In this document: positions 56,201 to 64,000 of the stretch, one piece after another | How the letters are laid out: each line of letters begins with the position of its first letter | How positions within the stretch are numbered: position 1 is the stretch's first letter | Assembly (NCBI GenBank): GCA_964016885.1 | Contig: OZ024742.1 | Location: 364,622,001-364,686,000, forward strand | Source of the DNA: Eledone cirrhosa | Lineage: Eukaryota | DNA length: 64,000 nucleotides | Direction: 5' to 3' | Notes under the pieces: model-generated | Seen by the model: the letters and a program-made list of their open reading frames with translations, nothing else | Database searches by the model: none | Told to the model about the DNA's origin: nothing | Translations under genes and position numbers: made by a program

Positions 56201-59200
56201 TTGGTAATAGAGAATACCGGTGTTTGTTGTTGTAGACTATATATTGTTTGGTAATAGAGAATACCGGTGTTTGTTGTTGTAGACTGTATATGGTTTGGTA
56301 ATAGAGAATACCGGTGTTTGTTGTAGTAGACTGTATATGGTTTGGTAATAGAGAATACCGGTGTTTGTTGTTGTAGACTGTATATGGTTTGGTAATAGAG
56401 AATACCGGTGTTTGTTGTTGTAGACTGTATATGGTTTGGTAATAGAGAATACCGGTGTTTGTTGTAGTAGACTGTATATGGTTTGGTAATAGAGAATACC
56501 GGTGTTTGTTGTTGTAGACTGTATATGGTTGGGTAATAGAGAATACCGGTGTTTGTTGTTGTAGAGTGTATATGGTTTGGTAATAGAGAATACCGGTGTT
56601 TGTTGTTGTAGACTATATATTGTTTGGTAATAGAGAATACCGGTGTTTGTTGTTGTAGACTGTATATGGTTTGGTAATAGAGAATACCGGTGTTTGTTGT
56701 TGTAGACTGTATATGGTTTGGTAATAGAGAATACCGGTGTTTGTTGTAGTAGACTGTATATGGTTTGGTAATAGAGAATACCGGTGTTTGTTGTTGTAGA
56801 CTATATATGGTTGGGTAATAGAGAATACCGGTGTTTGTTGTTGTAGAGTGTATATGGTTTGGTAATAGAGAATACCGGTGTTTGTTGTTGTAGACTATAT
56901 ATTGTTTGGTAATAGAGAATACCGGTGTTTGTTGTTGTAGATTGTATATGGTTTGGTAATAGAGAATACCGTTGTTTGTTGTTGTAGACTGTATATGGTT
57001 TGGTAATAGAGAATACCGGTGTTTGTTGTTGTAGACTGTATATGGTTTGATAATAGAGAATACCGTTGTTTGTTGTTGTAGACTGTATATGGTTTGGTAA
57101 TAGAGAATACCGGTGTTTGTTGTAGTAGACTGTATATGGTTTGGTAATAGAGAATACCGGTGTTTGTTGTTGTAGAGTGTATATGGTTTGGTAATAGAGA
57201 ATACCGGTGTTTGTTGTTGTAGACTATATATTGTATGGTAATAGAGAATACCGGTGTTTGTTGTTGTAGAGTGTATATGGTTTGATAATAGAGAATACCG
57301 GTGTTTGTTGTTGTAGACTGTATATGGTTTGGTAATAGAGAATACCGGTGTTTATTGTAGTAGACTGTATATGGTTTGGTAATAGAGAATACCGGTGTTT
57401 GTTGTTGTAGAGTGTATATGGTTTGATAATAGAGAACACCGGTGTTTGTTGTTGTAGACTGTATATGGTTTGATAATAGAGAACACCGGTGTTTGTTGTT
57501 GTAGAGTGTATATGGTTGGGTAATAGAGAATACCGGTGTTTGTTGTTGTAGACTGTATATGGTTTGGTAATAGAGAATACCGGTGTTTGTTGTTGTAGAC
57601 TGTATATGGTTTGATAATAGAGAATACCGGTGTTTGTTGTTGTAGACTATATGGTTTGATAATAGAGAACACCGGTGTTTGTTGTTGTAGACTGTATATG
57701 GTTTGGTAATAGAGAATACCGGTGTTTGTTGTTTTAGACTGTATATGGATTGGTAATAGAGAACACCGGTGTTTGTTGTTGTAGAGTGTATATGGTTTGA
57801 TAATAGAGAATACCGGTGTTTGTTGTTGTAGAGTGTATATTGTTTGGTAATAGAGAATACCGGTGTTTGTTGTTGTAGACTGTATATGGTTTGGTAATAG
57901 AGAATACCGGTGTTTGTTGTTGTAGACTGTATATGGTTTGGTAATAGAGAATACCGGTGTTTGTTGTTGTAGAGTGTATATGGTTTGGTAATAGAGAATA
58001 CCGGTGTTTGTTGTTGTAGACTGTATATGGTTTGGTAATAGAGAATACCGGTGTTTGTTGTTGTAGACTGTATATGGTTTGATAATAGAGAATACCGGTG
58101 TTTGTTGTTGTAGACTGTATATGGTTTGGTAATAGAGAATACCGGTGTTTGTTGTAGTAGACTGTATATGGTTTGGTAATAGAGAATACCGGTGTTTGTT
58201 GTTGTAGAGTGTATATGGTTTGGTAATAGAGAATACCGGTGTTTGTTGTTGTAGAGTGTATATGGTTTGATAATAGAGAATACCGGTGTTTGTTGTTGTA
58301 GACTGTATATGGTTTGGTAATAGAGAATACCGGTGTTTGATGTAGTAGACTGTATATGGTTTGGTAATAGAGAATACCGGTGTTTGTTGTTGTAGAGTGT
58401 ATATGGTTTGATAATAGAGAACACCGGTGTTTGTTGTTGTAGAGTGTATATGGTTGGGTAATAGAGAATACCGGTGTTTGTTGTTGTAGACTGTATATGG
58501 TTTGGTAATAGAGAATACCGGTGTTTGTTGTTGTAGACTGTATATGGTTTGATAATAGAGAATACCGGTGTTTGTTGTTGTAGACTATATGGTTTGATAA
58601 TAGAGAACACCGGTGTTTCTTGTTGTAGACTGTATATGGTTTGGTAATAGAGAATACCGGTGTTTGTTGTTTTAGACTGTATATGGATTGGTAATAGAAA
58701 ACACCGGTGTTTGTTGTTGTAGAGTGTATATGGTTTGGTAATAGAGAATACCGGTGTTTGTTGTTGTAGACTGTATATGGTTTGGTAATAGAGAATACCG
58801 GTGTTTGTTGTTGTAGACTGTATATGGTTTGGTAATAGAGAATACCGGTGTTTGTTGTTGTAGAGTGTATATGGTTTGGTAATAGAGAATACCGGTGTTT
58901 GTTGTAGTAGACTGTATATGGTTTGGTAATAGAGAATACCGGTGTTTGTTGTTGTAGAGTGTATATGGTTTGGTAATAGAGAATACCGGTGTTTGTTGTT
59001 GTAGATTGTATGTGGTTTGATAATAGAGAATACCGGTGTTTGTTGTTGTAGACTGGTTATTGTTGGGTAATAGAGAATGCCGGTGTTTGTTGTTGTAGAG
59101 TGTATATGGTTTGGTAATAGAGAATACCGGTGTTTGTTGTAGTAGGCTGTATATGGTTTGGTAATAGAGAATACCGGTGTTTGTTGTTGTAGACTGTATA

Positions 59201-62200
59201 TGGTTTGGTAATAGAGAATACCGGTGTTTGTTGTTGTAGACTGTATATGGTTTGGTAATAGAGAATACCGGTGTTTGTTGTAGTAGACTGTATATGGTTT
59301 GGTAATAGAGAATACCGGTGTTTGTTGTTGTAGACTGGATATGGTTTGGTAATAGAGAATACCGGTGTTTGTTGTAGTAGACTATATATGGTTTGGTAAT
59401 AGAGAATACCGGTGTTTGTTGTTGTAGACTGTATATGGTTTGGTAATAGAGAATACCGGTGTTTGTTGTTGTAGACTGTATATGGTTTGGTAATAGAGAA
59501 TACCGGTGTTTGTTGTAGTAGACTATATATGGTTTGGTAATAGAGAATACCGGTGTTTGTTGTTGTAGACTGTATATGGTTTGGTAATAGAGAATACCGG
59601 TGTTTGTTGTTGTAGACTGTATATGGTTTGGTAATAGAGAATACCGGTGTTTGTTGTTGTAGACTGTATATGGTTGGGTAATAGAGAATACCGGTGTTTG
59701 TTGTTGTAGACTGTATATGGTTGGGTAATAGAGAATACCGGTTTTTGTTGTTGTAGAGTGTATATGGTTTGGTAATAGAGAATACCGGTGTTTGTTGTTG
59801 TAGACTGTATATGGTTTGGTAATAGAGAATACCGGTGTTTGTTGTTGTAGACTATATATTGTTTGGTAATAGAGAATACCGGTGTTTGTTGTTGTAGACT
59901 GTATATGGTTTGGTAATAGAGAATACCGGTGTTTGTTGTAGTAGACTGTATATGGTTTGGTAATAGAGAATACCGGTGTTTTTTGTTGTAGACTGTATAT
60001 GGTTTGGTAATAGAGAATACCGGTGTTTGTTGTTGTAGACTGTATATGGTTTGGTAATAGAGAATACCGGTGTTTGTTGTAGTAGACTGTATATGGTTTG
60101 GTAATAGAGAATACCGGTGTTTGTTGTTGTAGACTATATGGTTTGATAATAGAGAACACCGGTGTTTGTTGCTGTAGACTGTATATGGTTTGGTAATAGA
60201 GAATACCGGTGTTTGTTGTTTTAGACTGTATATGGATTGGTAATAGAAAACACCGGTGTTTGTTGTTGTAGAGTGTATATGGTTTGGTAATAGAGAATAC
60301 CGGTGTTTGTTGTTGTAGACTGTATATGGTTTGGTAATAGAGAATACCGGTGTTTGTTGTTGTAGACTGTATATGGTTTGGTAATAGAGAATACCGGTGT
60401 TTGTTGTTGTAGAGTGTATATGGTTTGGTAATAGAGAATACCGGTGTTTGTTGTAGTAGACTGTATATGGTTTGGTAATAGAGAATACCGGTGTTTGTTG
60501 TTGTAGAGTGTATATGGTTTGGTAATAGAGAATACCGGTGTTTGTTGTTGTAGATTGTATGTGGTTTGATAATAGAGAATACCGGTGTTTGTTGTTGTAG
60601 ACTGGTTATTGTTGGGTAATAGAGAATGCCGGTGTTTGTTGTTGTAGAGTGTATATGGTTTGGTAATAGAGAATACCGGTGTTTGTTGTAGTAGGCTGTA
60701 TATGGTTTGGTAATAGAGAATACCGGTGTTTGTTGTTGTAGACTGTATATGGTTTGGTAATAGAGAATACCGGTGTTTGTTGTTGTAGACTGTATATGGT
60801 TTGGTAATAGAGAATACCGGTGTTTGTTGTAGTAGACTGTATATGGTTTGGTAATAGAGAATACCGGTGTTTGTTGTTGTAGACTGGATATGGTTTGGTA
60901 ATAGAGAATACCGGTGTTTGTTGTAGTAGACTATATATGGTTTGGTAATAGAGAATACCGGTGTTTGTTGTTGTAGACTGTATATGGTTTGGTAATAGAG
61001 AATACCGGTGTTTGTTGTTGTAGACTGTATATGGTTTGGTAATAGAGAATACCGGTGTTTGTTGTAGTAGACTATATATGGTTTGGTAATAGAGAATACC
61101 GGTGTTTGTTGTTGTAGACTGTATATGGTTTGGTAATAGAGAATACCGGTGTTTGTTGTTGTAGACTGTATATGGTTTGGTAATAGAGAATACCGGTGTT
61201 TGTTGTTGTAGACTGTATATGGTTGGGTAATAGAGAATACCGGTGTTTGTTGTTGTAGACTGTATATGGTTGGGTAATAGAGAATACCGGTTTTTGTTGT
61301 TGTAGAGTGTATATGGTTTGGTAATAGAGAATACCGGTGTTTGTTGTTGTAGACTGTATATGGTTTGGTAATAGAGAATACCGGTGTTTGTTGTTGTAGA
61401 CTATATATTGTTTGGTAATAGAGAATACCGGTGTTTGTTGTTGTAGACTGTATATGGTTTGGTAATAGAGAATACCGGTGTTTGTTGTAGTAGACTGTAT
61501 ATGGTTTGGTAATAGAGAATACCGGTGTTTTTTGTTGTAGACTGTATATGGTTTGGTAATAGAGAATACCGGTGTTTGTTGTTGTAGACTGTATAAGGTT
61601 TGGTAATAGAGAATACCGGTGTTTGTTGTAGTAGACTGTATATGGTTTGGTAATAGAGAATACCGGTGTTTGTTGTTGTAGACTGTATATGGTTGGGTAA
61701 TAGAGAATACCGGTGTTTGTTGTTGTAGAGTGTATATGGTTTGGTAATAGAGAATACCGGTTTTTGTTGTTGTAGACTATATATTGTTTGGTAATAGAGA
61801 ATACCGGTGTTTGTTGTTGTAGACTGTATATGGTTTGGTAATAGAGAATACCGGTGTTTGTTGTTGTAGACTGTATATGGTTTGGTAATAGAGAATACCG
61901 GTGTTTGTTGTAGTAGACTGTATATGGTTTGGTAATAGAGAATACCGGTGTTTGTTGTTGTAGACTGTATATGGTTGGGTAATAGAGAATACCGGTGTTT
62001 GTTGTTGTAGAGTGTATATGGTTTGGTAATAGAGAATACCGGTGTTTGTTGTTGTAGACTATATATTGTTTGGTAATAGAGAATACCGGTGTTTGTTGTT
62101 GTAGATTGTATATGGTTTGGTAATAGAGAATACCGGTGTTTGTTGTTGTAGACTGTATATGGTTTGGTAATAGAGAATACCGGTGTTTGTTGTTGTAGAC

Positions 62201-63158
62201 TGTATATGGTTTGATAATAGAGAATATCGGTGTTTGTTGTTGAAGACTGTATATGGTTTGGTAATAGAGAATACCGGTGTTTGTTGTAGTAGACTGTATA
62301 TGGTTTGGTAATAGAGAATACCGGTGTTTGTTGTTGTAGAGTGTATATGGTTTGGTAATAGAGAATACCGGTGTTTGTTGTTGTAGAGTGTATATGGTTT
62401 GATAATAGAGAATACCGGTGTTTGTTGTTGTAGACTGTATATGGTTTGGTAATAGAGAATACCGGTGTTTGTTGTAGTAGACTGTATATGGTTTGGTAAT
62501 AGAGAATACCGGTGTTTGTTGTTGTAGAGTGTATATGGTTTGATAATTGAGAACACCGGTGTTTGTTGTTGTAGACTGTATATGGTTTGATAATAGAGAA
62601 CACCGGTGTTTGTTGTTGTAGAGTGTATATGGTTGGGTAATAGAGAATACCGGTGTTTGTTGTTGTAGACTGTATATGGTTTGGTAATAGAGAATACCGG
62701 TGTTTGTTGTTGTAGACTGTATATGGTTTGATAATAGAGAATACCGGTGTTTGTTGTTGTAGATTATATGGTTTGATAATAGAGAACACCGGTGTTTGTT
62801 GTTGTAGACTGTATATGGTTTGGTAATAGAGAATACCGGTGTTTGTTGTTTTAGACTTTATATGGATTGGTAATAGAAAACACCGGTGTTTGTTGTTGTA
62901 GAGTGTATATGGTTTGATAATAGAGAATACCGGTGTTTGTTGTTGTAGAGTGTATATTGTTTGGTAATAGAGAATACCGCTGTTTGTTGTTGTAGACTGT
63001 ATATGGTTTGGTAATAGAGAATACCGGTGTTTGTTGTTGTAGACTGTATATGGTTTGGTAATAGAGAATACCGGTGTTTGTTGTTGTAGAGTGTATATGG
63101 TTTGGTAATAGAGAATACCGGTGTTTGTTGTTGTAGACTGTATATGGTTTGGTAATAG
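44271..63158. repeat. Copy 2 of the 18,883-bp tandem duplication
   Basis: Rare variants occur in the same order as in 25388-44270. The match starts after the mismatching monomer at 25381 (gttttgataa) versus 44264 (ggtttggtaa) and ends at the gcgaat variant at 63159. An extra 1-bp deletion near 55816 shifts the offset to 18882. Confidence 0.95.
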
Positions 63159-64000
63159 CGAATACCGGTGTTTGTTTTGTAGAGTGTATATGGTTTGGTA
63201 ATAGAGAATACCGGTGTTTGTTGTTGTAGAGTGTATATGGTTTGGTAATAGAGAATACCGGTGTTTGTTTCGTAGAGTGTATATGGTTTGGTAATAGAGA
63301 ATATCAGTGTTTGTTGTTGTAGACTGTATATGGTTTGATAATAGAGAATACCGGTGTTTGTTGTTGTAGACAGTATATGGTTTGATAATAGAGAATACCG
63401 GTGTTTGTTGTTGTAGAGTGTATATGGTTTGATAATAGAGAATACCGGTGTTTGTTGTTGTAGACAATATATGGTTTGATAATAGAGAACACCGGTGTTT
63501 GTCGTTGTAGACTGTATATGATTTGGTAATAGAGAATAGCGGTGTTTGTTGTTGTAGACTGTATATGGTTTGATAATAGAGAATACCGGTGTTTGTTGTT
63601 GTAGACTGTATATGGTTTGATAATAGAGAATACTGGTGTTTGTTGTTGTAGAGTGTATATGGTTTGGTAATAGAGAATACCGGTGTTTTTTGTTGTAGAC
63701 TGTATATGGTTTGGTAATAGAGAATACCGGTGTTTGTTGTTGTAGACTGTATATGGTTTGGTAATAGAGAATACCGGTGTTTGTTGTTGTAGAGTGTATA
63801 TGGTTTGGTAATAGAGAATACCGGTGTTTGTTGTAGTAGACTGTATATGGTTTGGTAATAGAGAATACCGGTGTTTGTTGTTGTAGAGTGTATATGGTTT
63901 GGTAATAGAGAATACCGGTGTTTGTTGTTGTAGATTGTATGTGGTTTGATAATAGAGAATACCGGTGTTTGTTGTTGTAGACTGGATATGGTTGGGTAAT

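Larger units (their letters stand above)
1..64000. repeat. Tandem satellite array, 47-bp monomer GACTGTATATGGTTTG(G/A)TAATAGAGAATACCGGTGTTTGTTGTTGTA, 1362 full copies plus a partial copy, open at both ends
   Basis: Monomers start at 1, 48, 95 and so on, in one orientation throughout. The last monomer starts at 63980. Adding the 35 bp of deletions I counted to 63979 gives 64014 = 47 x 1362 exactly. Confidence 0.99.

Noticed and set aside
285-63492. All listed minus-strand ORFs (62-2248 aa) as protein-coding genes
   Set aside because: They overlap in all three frames and encode the same cyclic peptide with no unique termini or recognisable domain. Most start at GTG or TTG made by point variants (ATG only at 2966, 32206 and 51089) and end at sporadic variant stops such as gactata. 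Gaps in the track reflect missing start codons, not different sequence.
1-64000. CRISPR array (repeat with a palindromic core)
   Set aside because: The monomers abut directly with no unique spacers, and there is no leader or cas gene.
1-64000. Telomerase-synthesised repeat
   Set aside because: Rare variants are copied in ordered multi-kilobase blocks, which indicates DNA-templated duplication rather than repeated copying of a short RNA template.
1-64000. Promoter-like or transcription-factor motifs (GATAAT and TATAT resembling -10/TATA boxes, TGATAA GATA site, ACCGGT Grainyhead-like core)
   Set aside because: These are short matches inherent to an AT-rich monomer, with no associated gene or other functional evidence.
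1-64000. Variant order as an information code, antigenic-variation cassette set or diversity-generating retroelement target
   Set aside because: The order is explained by nested duplication, the changes are not adenine-specific, and no recombinase, reverse transcriptase or expression site is present.
1-64000. Whole array as a rolling-circle or concatemer library artefact
   Set aside because: Monomers carry hierarchical, inherited variants and domain structure that copying of a single small circle would not produce.

Overview
The whole 64 kb window is one uninterrupted head-to-tail satellite array of a 47-bp monomer, consensus GACTGTATATGGTTTG(G/A)TAATAGAGAATACCGGTGTTTGTTGTTGTA (about 34-36% GC, about 70% G+T on the + strand). 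It holds 1362 complete monomers plus a 21-bp partial unit, and the array runs off both ends. I saw no unique sequence, inversion, transposon, RNA gene or CRISPR spacer. Every ORF in the track is the same cyclic 47-aa peptide, which arises because the monomer has no stop triplet on the minus strand and 47 is not divisible by 3, so I do not call any of them genes. The real information is in the variant pattern: a local 141-bp three-monomer higher-order repeat, nested duplications of 4 to 169 monomers, a near-identical 18,883-bp (402-monomer) tandem duplication, and two monomer subfamily domains. The array looks like eukaryotic heterochromatic (centromeric, pericentromeric or subtelomeric) satellite, but that is inference and I cannot name the organism or family. 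I found no supportable new protein-coding system. Duplication boundaries were read by eye and are approximate to within a few monomers.
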